A stretch of DNA of 64,000 nt from the human T2T-CHM13v2.0 reference genome, Homo sapiens (GCF_009914755.1 NC_060947.1); one strand, 5' to 3'; shown: positions 12,786 to 27,268, numbered from the stretch's first letter. Notes: generated by a model not told the origin, from the letters alone. Numbers and translations are program-made.

Positions 12786-13231
<446 letters not shown>

Positions 13232-13309
13232 TGAGAAAAATTTTAGAACTCAAAATTTTAAAAATTGAATAGGAAGCTTAAAATGGACCCACAATGAAAA
13301 CATTTCAAA

Positions 13310-14700
13310 AAATGTTAGAGAAAATTACATATCCACACACAGGAGAATAAAATGGGACCCTCATCTCACACCATGTACAAATATCAACTCAAAATGGATT
13401 AAATACTTATACATTAGACTTGAAACTATAAATCTACTTGAAGAAAATATAGAAGAAATGCTCTATTACATTATTCTGAGTAAATATTTCCTGGATATAA
13501 CTCCAATAGCACAGGCAACAAAAGCAAAAATAGACAAGTGGGATTACATCAAACTAAAAAGCTTCTGAACAGCAAAGGAAACAACAAAGACGCAAACTAC
13601 AAAATGATTGAATACATTTTCAAGCCATACAACTGATAAGGAATTAATATGCAAAACGTATAAGTAACTCAGAAAAATCAATAATAAGAAAACAAAAAAT
13701 GTGATTTTTAAAACGAGCAAAGTACCCAACTACGTATTTGTGAAGAAAGACGTACAAATGGCCAACTGGTATATGCAAAGATGCTCAACATCAGTAACCA
13801 TCAGGGAAATGCAAATTAGAACTACAATGAAATATATCACCTCTCTCTTGTTAGGATGGCTGTTATCAAAAAGATGAAAGATAATCGGTGTTGGTAAGGA
13901 TGCAGAGAAAAGGGGACCCTTGCACACTGTTGGTGGGAATGTAAATTAGTACAACCATTATGGAAAACAGTATGGAGGTTCCCCAAAAAACTAAAAATAA
14001 AATTATCATGTAATCCAGCAGTCTCACTTTTGGATATATATCCAAAGGATATTAAGTCAGTGTGTTAAAGATATATTTGCACTCCTGTGTTCATTTCAGC
14101 ATTATTCACATTATCCAAGATAGGACTCAACCCAAGTGTTCATCACTGGATGCATGGATAAGGAAAATATAGCATATATATACAATGGAATACTACTTAG
14201 TCTTTATAAAAAGAAGGAAATCCTGTTAGTTGTAACAACAGGTATGAACCTGGAGGACATTATGCCAAGTGAAATAAGCCAGGCACAAAAAGACAAATAC
14301 TGCATGATGTCATTCACATGTGAAATGTAAAAAAGCCCAACTCATAGGAATAGAGAGTACAATGGTGGTTACCAAAGGCTGTGTGGGGGTTGGGGGTTTG
14401 GGAGGGAGGATGAGAAACGGGGAGATGTTGGTCACAGGGTACAACATTTTAGACAGGAAGAAAAAGTTTTAGTGATCTATTGCCCAGAATTGTGACTATA
14501 ATTAATCATGATTTATTGCATATTTCAAAATCACTAAAACAGTAGACTTTAAATGTTCTTACCACAAAAAAATGATAAGTATATGAGGTGATGGATATGT
14601 TAATTGGCTTAACTTAATCACTCCGTAATGTATACCTGTATCAAAACATGACATTGTACACATACATACATATATTTATTAGTTTTGAATTAAAAATTAG
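13310..14700 (+). mobile_element. 5'-truncated L1MA (ORF2 end plus 3'UTR)
   Basis: gggattacatcaaactaaaaagcttctg; tgttggtgggaatgtaaattagtacaacc; L1MA 3'UTR gatgttggtcacagggtacaac...gaggtgatggatatgttaat. Confidence 0.9.
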
Positions 14701-14901
14701 CCTCTTTTATTTAAAATAATATACAACGTTGGTACTGGTAAAATTAAATGAACATTTTTGTATATTCCTTTTAAGAGTTAAATTGGTACACTTTTTAAAT
14801 AAATAATTTGAAAATATTTAGAAAATTATGCCTTTTGATAAGGTTCTTTTGATGAGAAACTTATCAAAATTACGCCTTTAAAAAATAACAATTTCACTTT
14901 T

Positions 14902-14976
14902 TTTTTTATTTTATTGTTACTATACTTTAAGTTTTAGGGTACGTGTGCACAACATGCAGGTTTGTACCTAATGCTA
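14902..14976 (-). mobile_element. Extremely 5'-truncated young L1PA (PA2-4-like) with short inverted 5' segment
   Basis: ttttattgttactatactttaagttttagggtacgtgtgcacaacatgcaggtttg, flanked by the 15-bp TSD aacaatttcactttt (14887-14901, 14977-14991). Confidence 0.92.
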
Positions 14977-15174
14977 AACAATTTCACTTTTAGGAATATG
15001 ACCTAAGGAAATCACGTCATGTTATCATATAATATATGCTCATAATTTTCAAATAATTATTAAAATATTTTTAAAACAATAGAGATATAGTTAAATACAA
15101 TGTAGTGCACCTAAGTGAATACATCTGTGATTCTACTTTAAAAAAAACAAATAACAAAACAACAAGAAGCAATG

Positions 15175-15345
15175 TCCAGCCCAGTGTAGCATTAGTATCA
15201 ACCTAAGAACTTAAAAAGCATAAAGCTCTGGGGATGATACCCATGGAAATTCACATGAAATTGGTCTGAAATGAGCTCTGTCCTTTGGTAAGTTTTAAAA
15301 GCTGCCCAGGTTATTCCAATGTGCATGCAGGTTTGAGAAACACTG
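15175..15345. mobile_element. MER5-family (hAT-Charlie) MITE
   Basis: ttttaaaagctgcccaggttattccaatgtgcatgcaggtttgagaaacactg terminus. Confidence 0.75.
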
Positions 15346-16007
15346 GATTCTTAGACATACACGCGTATATACATTTGCATGTGCACACACACAATACATG
15401 CAATTGAAAAGAAGTTTAGCAAACTGTAAATAATTTTCTCTTGATTAAAGAATGGATCATTATTTTCTTTTCTGAACTTGTATGCATTTTAACTTTTAAC
15501 AATAAGCATGATGATATGCAACTAAGGCAGCCATTTTGTATAGTATATATAGTACATAGTGTTTATTTGAAAACAGGGTAGGTACTCTATGTGTTTCAAA
15601 CATTTCAGTTGAAATCTTATTTACAGAAATAATTTATTCTTAATGATCAGGGCCATTTCAGCCCGCCCCATCTCAATGTATCACAAACTCTACAGTAATG
15701 AATAGCATGCTAATTACTGATTATGTACAGTCATGTCTTGTTGAGTCAGAGCTACAGTTTAACATTCATTATTTTATGACTAGCTGGATTTGAGGCTTTT
15801 AGGCATTATTTTTCAGATCAGAAAAAAATACATCTTGCCTAAAAGGAAAATTAAATTTAAATAAATAGACTTCATCTAATTATTCCATTATTCCTGAGTG
15901 ATTTTTTTTCTCAGTGTTAGAGACATCAGTCTGTTCACACATATTTTATTAGATCCGAGCAATACATTTAATCTCTCTTTTCTGGATCCACCCACACTCA
16001 AAACTAA

Positions 16008-17560
16008 GATTTCATTTAGAAAATATATTTGAGTACCTACCAGGAACTGTGCAAGGTGAAGCAGATATGGTACTGAACCAACAGTCATGGTTCCTGAACT
16101 TAGGGACTTTCTCTTTAGGGTTCATACTTATAAACAACACCAAGCATTGAATGCTAAAACAGAGAGTTTTATGAGAGTGTATACCACAGCAAACTAATCT
16201 AGCATGAGGACTAAAAGAAATCCTTCTTGAGAAAGTGGCATTTAAGCTTGAACCTGAAGGATCAGTGAAGAGTTACTCAAGAAAAGAGTGGTGTGAGAGG
16301 TGTGCTAAGGATAGAGAGCAGAATGTGCAAAGGACCTGTAGGGCAGGAAGAAACCTAGAAGATCAGTGTAGCTGCAGCATAATGAAGGATGAAATAGAGA
16401 AGTATGAAAGAGACAGGTCATGCATTGTAAGTCATTTGGAGGATTATGTTCTTTGTTCTAAGGATAATGGATATACACTGAAGAATTTAAACAGAAGAAT
16501 GAAACTATCACATTTGCAATTTAAAAAAATCATTGCCATTCTATGGGGAGTTAATTTGAGAGGAACAAGACAAGCTTTGGGGAGAAAATTGGATTTGGGG
16601 AGAGAAAATAAGACACTACTGTACTGGTTCAAGAGAGATACGATGGGAGTGGAGAGATTGAATTTGAGCCATAATTTGGAAGTAGCAGCAACAGAACATG
16701 AGGATAAATTAAATGGGGAAAGGGGAAAAACAAGTTGCTTCAAGAATGGCTTTTGGATTTTTGGACTCCAAAAATGAGGAGACACTAGTACAATTTACAG
16801 ATATGGGGGAGAGTAGAGAAGAAGCAGATTGATTGGCTAGAAGTGAGAATAAGAAGTGCAGTTTTGTGGATGTTTAGATACCTATGAGATAGCCAAATAA
16901 AGATGTCAAGTAGTCAGTTGGATACATTGGCTTAGACTTCAGAAATTAATTTGTTTGACAGCTATCAGAATATAGAAGATATTTAAAGATACGGGACTTG
17001 ATTCTTAGAGAGAGAGTCAAGACTGAGACCTGAGAACAGCCAGTATTTCAAGTTTGCTTGAAGAAGACAGTAGCCCACAAAGAGATAAAGAGGTAGCCAG
17101 AGAGGTAGGGAAAAAACAGACTATGATGTCACAAAAGTTAAGGGAAGATAATGTTTTTATGAAGGAGGAGGAGGCCAATTGATCTATACTCCTGACAAGT
17201 CAAATGAAGAGTGAATTCAACCATGTTTATCAGATCTAATCAGGTGCAGGGTATTGTGACCTTAAAAAAGTCATTGTAGTTAAGTGTGTGGACAGAAACT
17301 TGACTGGAGTAAGGAGAAAAATAAATAAAACCCCACTAAGACAACATGTACATCTAATAAATTGACCATATTATTTGGGTTGATTTGCTTTATGACCCCA
17401 TTTTCTTCAATAATGGGAGAGTCTAGAGTATGTTTGATTGGTGGTGGAAAGATCCAATAGAGAACATGAGTTTGAAGTTGCAGGAGAGAAAATGGAGAGC
17501 TGATGGAATCATGACTTTGAGAAGGGAAAAAGGTTAGAGTACACATGCAAGGATTGCTAT
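16008..17560 (-). mobile_element. L2 LINE remnant
   Basis: Antisense L2 3' end (ttcatttagaaaatatatttgagtacctac) and purine-rich antisense body (gatgtcaagtagtcagttggatac, gagtcaagactgagacctgag). Confidence 0.85.
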
Positions 17561-19559
17561 TCGCAGAAGAAAAACTCCATTGTAACAGAAGAGGAATAGA
17601 TGGGCCGCAAACATTTGCTTCTAGTAAAAATTATTTGACTTCCTAAACTAAGACATTAGTTTTCCCAAAAATGTGAAAAACTGAAAAGAAAATGCTTTAG
17701 CACCACTTTTACCTAAGTTACTTCATTAGGTGAAGTTTCATTACCAGGTATGAAAACAAAGCTTGTTCTCTGGCTTCACGTGTCCCCAACCAGTTTCTAC
17801 CTTGAGTTGTCAATTCTCTGAAGGATTTCTAGCCTCTCTACTTGCAAAGAAGGGATTTAAATAGATTGCATCTATTCTGTATGAATTATCTGAATAACAT
17901 TCCCATCTCTTTTCATCAGGAACTTGGACAATGGTATTTAGGGACCCATTTCTCATTCTTCCTACTACTACTATGAAAATAAGCCTGCAGCACTAACATT
18001 TCCCTATGCATTTTAAAAGATTTCTTAAGAAGAGGAGTAGAAAACTGTAATAGAAACATTTTAAGGACTTCTCCCAAGTTTCTTTTAGGTTCTTAGAGTA
18101 TATGGGGCAAGGCTTATTTTCACAATGAAAAAAAAGTCACATGCAATTAAACATTTAGGCACTTCCAAAAAGAATACTTTCAGGGAAGAAATTATATAGA
18201 CATGGGAAATGACTTTTAACACAAAGATGAAGCTATGCTGTGTAAGTCATATAAATGCAAAAGTTGTTAAATGTGGTGTTTTTATAAAGGCATATTAAAG
18301 AAAAAAAAGCCCACCATAGACATTAGACAGGGATCCGGCACAGGGCCTTGAAGAAAGCACACAAATTCAGGAGCTTATCTTCAGATTTCTAAGTCTAGAA
18401 TCTTGATTATATAAAATGTTGACCAACCTAAGTTATAGAAAACTGATTATGAGCCATATATCCCATTTTTATTTACAATGAATAAATCATAGTTGAAAAG
18501 ATAACTGAAAATGGGCATTTACTTGCTCAGTGCCCTCTCTAAGTACCATTCAAGAAACAACTTTCAGTTTGCTTGGTCTGACTAGAAATAAGACAAATGG
18601 AAGGAGAGGAAGCTATGATTTAACTTGAGTGCAGGGCTACCTTTCTCCACTCTAGGCATACATTTCTCTAGAAGACAGATAGGATTCTATGATCAACTTT
18701 TTCCCTAGAAGTGATAGATACACAGGCTACTTGCTTTTGAAAAAACCATTTTCTTTTCTTGAGGACCACCTGCCTATCCTGACATGTAACAGTCACAGGA
18801 TTCAATGCACTGTACTCCCTCAAAGTATTTTCCCCTTGACAAAACCATGATGCCAGAAGGTTATAATTAAAATTAACTACAGAAGCTGGACACCTAATTA
18901 CAGCCATCCTAAAGTTGATCATTACCATTCTCATATAAACGCCTCTCCTTTTTTGCTACAAAACACCGGTCCCCCTTGTTTATTTCTTCCCCTTGATTCC
19001 AACATAGCAACTTCATTTCTTATCAAGCCTCGACCCACAACTTTGACATATCAATTGAAGCTAAAGCAGCTACATTTATTCTTTTAGTTCTTTTTGTTTC
19101 ATGCTATAAAGCTCCCTTTTCAAGGCCCACTTGCCACTGCAGGTCCTACAATACCTCTTTTGATGACCAAGCTCCATGCTAAGGCTTCCCACCAGACAAT
19201 TCCACATCCTTGCATATTTCACAGTATAAATATAGAAGTTCCCTTTCATTCCTTGCCATTAATAACAAAAATGTGAAAAATAGATTTCTTCTTAGGAACA
19301 ATCTCAAGATATAAGTGGCTTCTATCCAATATCTTGGAATTCAGGGCATGTATTCTGCCACAGTGACTCATATATATCCTTAAGCTGGTACAGTTTCACT
19401 GTAATTGGTTTGGTTACATTTGTTATGACATGGCCAAACCTTGAGTATGGGCTTTAGACATTTATTTTGGACTTGAGTATTTCCCAATATTTTTATGGAT
19501 AAATTGATAAAAACTCCTAGCATTAATAAAACATAAATTTTAAAGAAGGGTATAATCAT

Positions 19560-19680
19560 GATTCTCATACAAACATGGGGTAAATATGTGTCAAAGATTG
19601 TATTTAACTCTTTAGTTAATGAGGGAATCAGTAAGACGGTACAACCAGTTCAAAGCAAAATCCAAAAAAAGACAAATATG
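19560..19680. mobile_element. Possible ERV1 (MER4-group-like) internal fragment
   Basis: tttaactcttttagttaatgagggaatcagtaaga, similar to aaactcattaattaattagggaaacactaaga at ~60587. Confidence 0.3.
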
Positions 19681-19684
19681 TATG

Positions 19685-20035
19685 CTGTTTCCATTCATTT
19701 GGGCTGCCATAACAAAATATCATAAATTGGGTAGCTTATAAACAACAGATATTTATTTCTCACAGATCTGGGGGCTGGGAATTTCAACATCAAGGTACCA
19801 GTACATTTGGAGTCTGCTGACGGCACTCTTCCTGGTTCAAAAACGGTAACTTCTTGCTGCATCCTCCCATGAACACCCGTGGGCCAACTTTATAAGGATG
19901 GTAACAGCCATTATGGGGGCTCTGCCCTCATGACCTAATCACCTCCCAAAGATCCCACCTTCTAATACCATCACCTTGAGGGTTAAGATTTCCATATATG
20001 AATTTGGAAGAGACACGAACATTCGGACCACAGCA
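19685..20035 (-). mobile_element. MLT1A-type MaLR LTR
   Basis: ttgggctgccataacaaaatatcataaattgggtagcttataaacaacag...gccctcatgacctaatcacctcccaaag...acattcggaccacagca. Confidence 0.88.
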
Positions 20036-20496
20036 TATACCAACCAAGAATGATGAAATGAATTTGCTTAATTGATACATAATTGATCAATAATCACAGA
20101 GCAGTAATCAATTGCATTCCTCAATGTACAATTTGCATTTCTATGGACATGCATTATTTGCCTTATTATTAGCTTTCTACACTTTATAATGTTGAAAAAA
20201 AGCTCAAAGTAAATGAAAGACTGATATAACCATGTAGGGTGCTCTAGAAAGGACATTCACTGAATTATTTTCCCCAATTTCAAAGTCCTCTACAATTTTT
20301 TATGACAGGGTAGAGGGTAGTGGGTCTTATAACACTTTCTTGTGTCCTCTTCTTACATTTTTTTAAACCTTGTTTCCAACTTTTGGGAGGATTTTTCAGA
20401 ATCTTTTATACCAGCTACAGAAAGCAGAAAAAAAGAGAATATTATTTTTAATTAAATATTTCATTTTGAAAGCATTGTAGAGTCACATGCAAGTGT

Positions 20497-20625
20497 TCAG
20501 GAAAAATAACTAATGGGTACTAGGCTTAATACCTGGGTGATGAAATAATCTGTACAACAAACCCCCATGACACAAGTTTACCTGTGTAACAAAGCTGTAC
20601 TTGTAACCCTGAACTTAAAAGTTAA
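20497..20625 (+). mobile_element. L1PA13-16-like 3' end fragment
   Basis: aaaaataactaatgggtactaggcttaatacctgggtgatgaaataatctgtacaacaaacccccatgacacaagtttacc; short TSD aagtgt (20491-20496 / 20626-20631). Confidence 0.9.
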
Positions 20626-23547
20626 AAGTGTAACATGGAGATACTTTGTGTATTATTAACTCTTTTATCCATTGCAACATCTTTCAAAACTACAACACAA
20701 TATCACAACCAGGATATTGACATTGATATAGTCAAGATACAGAACATTTCCATCACGACAAGGATCCCTCCTGTAGCCCTTCTGTAGTATAGCCATGCTC
20801 ACTTTCCTCCCACCTCCGGTACCTCCTTAAGCCCTGGAAATCACTAATCTGTTCTTCGTCTCTCTAATTTGTCATTTCAACAATGTTATATACATATAAT
20901 TGTGCAGTATATAACCTTTCAGGATTGTCTTTTTTCACTCAGCAAAATTCTTCAAATTGTGGAAACAGGCACATTCCTCCATAGATCAATAGTTTGTTCC
21001 TTTTTATTGCTGAACATCATTCCTTGGTATGAACGTACCCCTGTTTATTTAAGCATTCACCCATTCAAAAACATCTAGGTTATTCTTGTCTACTATAAAT
21101 AAAGCCACTATAAATATTCCACTACAGGTTTTTGTGTAAACTAAGTCTTCATTTCTTTGGGATAAATGCCAGGAGTGCAATTGCTGGGCCATATGATAGT
21201 TACAATTTCAGTTCTTCAAGAAAATTCTAAACGTTTTCTAGAGTAGTTATAGCATTTCACATTCCCACCATCAATGCATGAGTGATCCAATTTCTCCACA
21301 TCTTTGCCAGCATTTGGTGCTATGACTATATATTTTTTAAATTTTAGCCATTCTCATAGCTGTGTAATAATATTTTATTGTGGTTTTAGTTTACATTTCC
21401 CTAATGGATGCAAATGTTCAACATCTTTTTATATGGTTATTTGCCATGTGTATACCTTCTTTGGTGAAAAGTGTCGTGTGTTTTCCTCATGTTCTCATTG
21501 GATTGTTTGCTTCTTTACTGTTGAGTTTTGTGAGTTCTTTATATATTCTACATACAGTCCTTTGTCAGATATGTGATTTTCAAATGTTTTCTCCCACTTT
21601 GTAACTTACCTTTTCATCATATTAACAGAGTATTGCACAAAGCTAAAACTTTAATTTGTATAAATTATGATTTGTCAGTTTTTCCTTTTATGAATTATCC
21701 TTTTGGTACCCAGTCAAATAATACTTTTCTTAGCCTTAGATCCTGATTATTATTACCTATGATTATTTTCCAGAGGTTTGATAGTTTTGTTTTGTTTTTG
21801 TGTTATAATTAAGTCTGTGCTCAATTTTGAGTTAATTTTTCTATAAGGTATGAAACTTATGGACAACCAATTGCTCCAGTACCATTTGTTTAAAAGGCTA
21901 TCTTTCCTCCACTGAAAATATAACTATAACTTTTCAATATCTAATAAAACAAAATAAAATAAATTTTTTAAAAACAGCTTGGCATATATGTGTTGGTCTA
22001 TTTCTGAATTCTTATGTTCCATTGATCTATGTGATCTATACCACATAATCTTGATTATTGTAGCAATATAGTCTTTAAATAGCATAGACTGATTCCTCTT
22101 ACAATATTATTCTTTTTCAAAATGGTTTTAGCTATTATAGTACTTTGCCTTCCCAGATACATTTTAGAATAATGTTGCCTATTTTTACAATAAAGCTTCC
22201 TGTATTTTCATAGACATTGCATTCAATCTATGTATTAATTTGGAGAGAATTGACATGTCTCTCCATTTATTTAGATTTTTTATTTCCTTAATCAGCATTG
22301 TGTAATTTTAAGCATCAAGTCCTGTAAATGTTTTGTTACATTTTCACTAAAGTATTTCTTTTTGGGGTACTTACACATAGTATTATATTTTTAATTTCAA
22401 TGTCCAAGTGTTCATTGCTAGTATATAGAAATGGAATTGACATTTGTATGTTTATCTTGTATCCTGTGACATTGCTGAACTCATTTATTGGTTCTAGTAA
22501 GTTTCAGCGATTTTCTATGTAGATAAGCATGTCATCTGCAAACGTAAATCATTGTATTTATTAATTCATTTCATATCTTTATGCCTTTTATTGCCATTTC
22601 ATGCCTTGTTGCACTGGCTAGAACTTTCACCACTCTGTTGAACAAAAGGGTGATAATAAACAAACTTGCCTTTATACCAATCTTAAGAGAAAAGCCTGTA
22701 GTCTTTGGCATCAAGTACAATGTTAGATGCAGGGTTTTGGTAGATGCTCACTAACAAGTTGAGAAAGTTCTCTATTCCTAGTTTGTTGAGAGCGTTTTAA
22801 ATCATAAACAAGTGTTGACTTTTGTCAAATGTTCTATCTATATTGATATAATCATGCGATTTTTCTTCTTTAGCCTAAATGACATTATTGATTTTTGAAT
22901 ACTGAACCAGCGTTGCATCTCTGGAATAAATCCCACTTGGTTATACGGTATAATTCTCTTTATACACTTTGAATTCTATTCACTGATATTTTGTTAAGAA
23001 TTTTTATGTCTACAGTAATGAGGGATATTGGTCTGTAGTGATATTTTGGTACTGCGCTTGTCTTGTTTTGTTGTCAGAGCAGTATTAGTTTCATAAAATT
23101 AATTGTAAAGTGTTTCCTACTTTTCTGTTTTTGGAAATCGATTGTAAAGAATTGTTGTTAATTCTTCTTTAAATGCAAGGTAGGATTCTTCATTAAAGCC
23201 ATACAGTCCTCGGATTCTCTTTGTGGTAAGTTATTTGACTACCAGTTCTGTTTCCTTATTAGTTGTGACAGTTTGTGTTTTTTGAGAAAGAGGTCTATTC
23301 TGTGTAATTTGCCAAATTTATGTCTGTATACTTATCTGTAGTATTCCTTTGCAATCCTTTTGATGTTTTCAGTCTATAGTGCTACCTGGTATCACTCCTG
23401 ATATTGGTAATTTATGCCTTCTCTATTTTTTTCTTTGCTACCCTTGTTAGATGTTTGTAAATTTTATATTTCTCAAAAACTTCCATTTTGTTTCCTTTAT
23501 TTTATCTATTGATTTTCTGTTTTTGATTTCATGGTTTTCTTCTAATT

Positions 23548-23935
23548 CCCTTCTAAGGACCCATTGTGATTATATTGGGCCTACCCAGAAAGTCCAGAAC
23601 ATTCTCATCTCAATCTTCTTAATTTAACCACCTCTGCAAGTCCCTTTTGCATGTAAGGTGACATATTAACAGGTTCTGGGCATTAGAACATGGACATCTT
23701 TGTGGGGTCATTATTTTATCTACCACAGTCTACCCTCCGGCCAACAAAAATGCATGTCCATCAGCATGCAAAATGCATTTACCCTAGTTCAAGGTTTCTA
23801 AAAATCTCAACTCATTATAGCATCAACTCAAGTTCAAAATTTCATCTAAGTTTTCTCAGCTTAAAAGTTCAATATTTCATCATATAAATAATCTAAATCA
23901 GTTATGAGTCAGGCTATGGGAATAATCCAACCTGG
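23548..23935 (-). mobile_element. MLT1 (D/E-like) LTR part joined to MLT1 internal sequence
   Basis: aaggacccattgtgattatattgggcctaccc...tgtaaggtgacatattaacaggttctgggcattag...tctaccaca, then gtctaccctccggcc...ctcattatagcatcaactcaagttcaaaat (internal). Confidence 0.75.
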
Positions 23936-24969
23936 TATGTTTTTTTGTCTGTACCCATTGGTGTTTCAGGGTTGCCAGCTTTTTCAGCTCCAACTCTGGG
24001 GTATATAAGTTAAAAAGAAAAGCAAAGGAACTCACTACTATGCCATTCCTGAGGTTGTGAGATTCCCAGAAGATCATCCTCCTTTCATTCTTTTAGATTC
24101 TTGGTATGTTTGTTTTATAGATCATATTTAGGGTTTTTAGTTGAATTTAATAGGAGGAAGAGGAAAAAGCAGATCTATTTCATATTCTTGGAATTGTAAT
24201 CCCAAGAAAGCATATTTGTAAAATCTATCTAAGATACTTTATGTATGATTATCTATTCTTGTGATTTTGCTGTCAAATTCTATGCAGCAGCATTTTTCCC
24301 CAACAAGGAGTTCCAGTTTTTTCCATTAGTCATCAGTATCTAAGTATATTTTAAAATTTTGATCAACAGGATAAAAAGACACTTATCCTGCTGCAAGTAC
24401 ACTTCAGAGTATTTTGAAAAGGATTCTGTAGATGGTAAGGAAATCATATTTAATTAATCTAGGTCTTTTAGGCATCTTGGTTAATGAAGATAAAATTAAT
24501 TTTTTAGAAATCTATGTTATCTTTCAAATTTATCTGAAATTTATTCTGTAAATTTAATTTAAAAATAATTATGGTCAACGCCAACTAAAAGCTTCTCTAA
24601 TCATTCATCACTAATTTAAAAAATGTAATAAAAGTAAAATTACTGATCAAAGTAAGTTCCCCAATTTGGAGAAAGGTGTATTTTTTTAAAGTTTGACACA
24701 TGTTATGCTCATAGGCTTGAGGAATAACCCTTAGTTGAGCACATATTCCAAGAATGTTATTCATGAGCCACAAAATTTAGTCAGTTAGTATATATTGAGT
24801 GCAAATTATTTTTCTAGTTCTTTAGAGACACGGAGTATGTGCCAATTATTGCAGAATATATTAAGTCTCAGGCATAGTGTTCTGTTGTGCTTCAAAAAGC
24901 ACTGGAAAAATTTATGGAAAAAGCATTTTAAATATTAAATTACATATAAATATGTATTACTGAAGCGTT

Positions 24970-25590
24970 TTCTTTTAATTTTTATTTTGAAAACAACTTC
25001 AAATTTACATAAATGTTGCAAGAGTAAGATGATGAATTTTCAAATATAATTCAGCTATATTTATTAATCATTAATATTTGGCTACATTTGTTCCCCCTTG
25101 TCTCTCACTCACTCTCTCTATATATCATATAATAAAGTAATAAACACCATATTTCACATTGTAAATAATATACTATATTTAAATACCATATTTTGTAATA
25201 TTATAAATGTACTATATGTATTAAATATTTTATAATGTCATGAATAGTATTATTATTAGTTTTGCTGAGTTATTGAGTTTAATTATTTGCCAGGAACATA
25301 ACCCTTTACTCCTAAATACCTTAGCATGTATATCCGAAGAAAAAGAACATTCTCTGAAAAGTACTATAATAAATTCTGACAGTTTAATGAAATATTATCT
25401 CTATATATCATGCATATTCAATTATTATCGACTGTACTAATAGCATTCTTTATGGTCCAGAAGTTGTCTAGGATCACCACTGCATTTAGCGGTCATAACT
25501 CTTTAGTCATTCTATATGGAAGAGCTCCTCCCAGTATAGACCAGTTGTTTTGTAAAATGATCCCCAACTTATGTCTGTCTGATGATTTCT
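24970..25590 (-). mobile_element. L1MC4/5-like 3'UTR remnant
   Basis: ttttattttgaaaacaacttcaaatttacataaatgttgcaagag; ctcctaaatacc; tgcatttagcggtcat. Confidence 0.65.
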
Positions 25591-25639
25591 CATTTTTTTT
25601 TACTAATTCTTCTTTGTTATATTAAAAACACTTTTTATA

Positions 25640-25810
25640 TTAGTATTTGATTTTTAATTGACAAAACTATATATTTACAGCATATAACATGATGTTTGGA
25701 AATATGTATACATTGTGGCATAATTAAATCAAGCCAATTAACATATGCATTACCTGACATACTTATTCTTTATTTGTGGTGAAAACACTTAAAATCTTCT
25801 TTTCTACAGC
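25640..25810 (-). mobile_element. L1MA 3' end fragment
   Basis: tttttaattgacaaa...aacatgatgtttggaaatatgtatacattgtgg...gtggtgaaaacacttaaaatct. Confidence 0.85.
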
Positions 25811-26137
25811 TTCATAGTACTCCATAGTGCAGATGTGCTACACATAGCTCATTCAGCCATCTCCCATAAATGAGCATTCAGTCATTTCCCATATGTGCAG
25901 TTGCAAACAATGCTGCAATAATTAATCTAGAACACATTTATTAATGTATTGTTGGAAGTATAAAACGTTTTAAGTGGTTTAGTTACAAGGTCTATAACAA
26001 TAAGAAATCTTGAGTTGAATTTTAAAAATTCAAACAAAATAACACCACCATCACATACCCACCTGTGATCCTAAATCAAACCAGAAATAGACAAGAAGGA
26101 GTAAGGTCTGTGAAGACCAAAATAATCAGTATAACCA

Positions 26138-26588
26138 TGTCACAAGTGGGGTGCCCAAAAAAATAGATTCTAAGACAGAGATTAGCATGCAAAGGGTTTA
26201 CTAGAGAGTGCCTTTGGGAATCAATATCTGTGGAAGGAAATAGAAGGGAAGAAAGCAACAGTGGGCAAAGAGAAGTTGGACTGCAAGGCAGCCTCAAGGG
26301 AAAGCCTCGATGACCTTACTGGGAATTCTGAAACTAGAATGACCCTTCAGAATTTTTACAAACTGGCAAGGGGGCCAGGCCCTTACATTTTCCCATCAAT
26401 TGGTCATTGGATGTAGGCCGCCTGGAAAGGAGGCTCTACCTTGGACAAACTAGCTCTCTTCAGCAGAGGCATCTTTGTAAGGAGATGACAGCTGTGGACT
26501 TTCTGCAGGCAGCACTCTCAGCTGCTGCGGGTATTAGTTTTTGATTTCTAAACCAGAATCTTAGTTGTACATCACAGCACCCACCACA
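26138..26588 (-). mobile_element. LTR16A-like ERVL LTR
   Basis: gattctaagacagagattagcatgcaaagggtttact...agaagttggactgcaaggcag...ggtcattggatgtaggc...catcacagcacccaccaca. Confidence 0.75.
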
Positions 26589-27239
26589 GACCAGATATAC
26601 CTGGATCAATGAAATTTTAAAAAATAACTATTTACTCCTTTCTGCCTTAGCTCTTTCTTGAGATTTGAAAGCTTTTCACATTTCTCTATCATAATGAATA
26701 CCATATTAGATTCATCTTCTTTACTTGTCTGGTTTCTCTGAACACATTTTATTAGTTGTTGTATCCCTAATAGCTACCATGGTGCCTGGCTAAGCACAAG
26801 TGTTCAATTATTATTTAACGAAAGAATAAACTCCAATCCGTAATGATTTGAATGATCTTACCAAATGATTAATGATTATATACACCTGTCTGAATGGAGA
26901 TTTTAGTGTCTAGCTAGAGGCCCTGACTTATGCCTATTCAAAACTACGGTTTAATCAGTGGTGAGGAGGAAGGTATAGCAAGTAAATGTTCCGTTTGTGA
27001 ATGGCATGAAACTAAGGACAGTAGCTTCACTGGATGACAGTGAGGATTCACAAAGAATGAACATAGGCTAAGATAATGGTCTGAATATAATGAGATGAAA
27101 TTTGAGGAACTGATATGAAGGACCGTCAGTGGATTCAACAAACCACCCAGAAAACTTTTCAGCTGGCTAAGCAGAAGTTTCTGAGAAAGACTAGGGGTTT
27201 TTGATGATTGCAAGACCAACAAAAGTCAACACCATTATG

Positions 27240-27268
27240 TAGCTACGTGTCATCTTAGCCATTATCAT

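Larger units (their letters stand above)
20445..24200 (-). mobile_element. L1MC-type element (3'UTR, ORF2 part, 5' end) with nested insertions
   Basis: 3'UTR ccaggatattgacattgatatagtcaagatacagaacatttccatc; antisense ORF2 21000-23540; L1M 5'-end-like sequence 23940-24200. Confidence 0.8.

Noticed and set aside
16235-16777. Longest ORF in the track (180 aa)
   Set aside because: It lies antisense within an L2 remnant and starts at GTG. Purine-rich antisense L2 often gives open frames, and no domain is recognisable.
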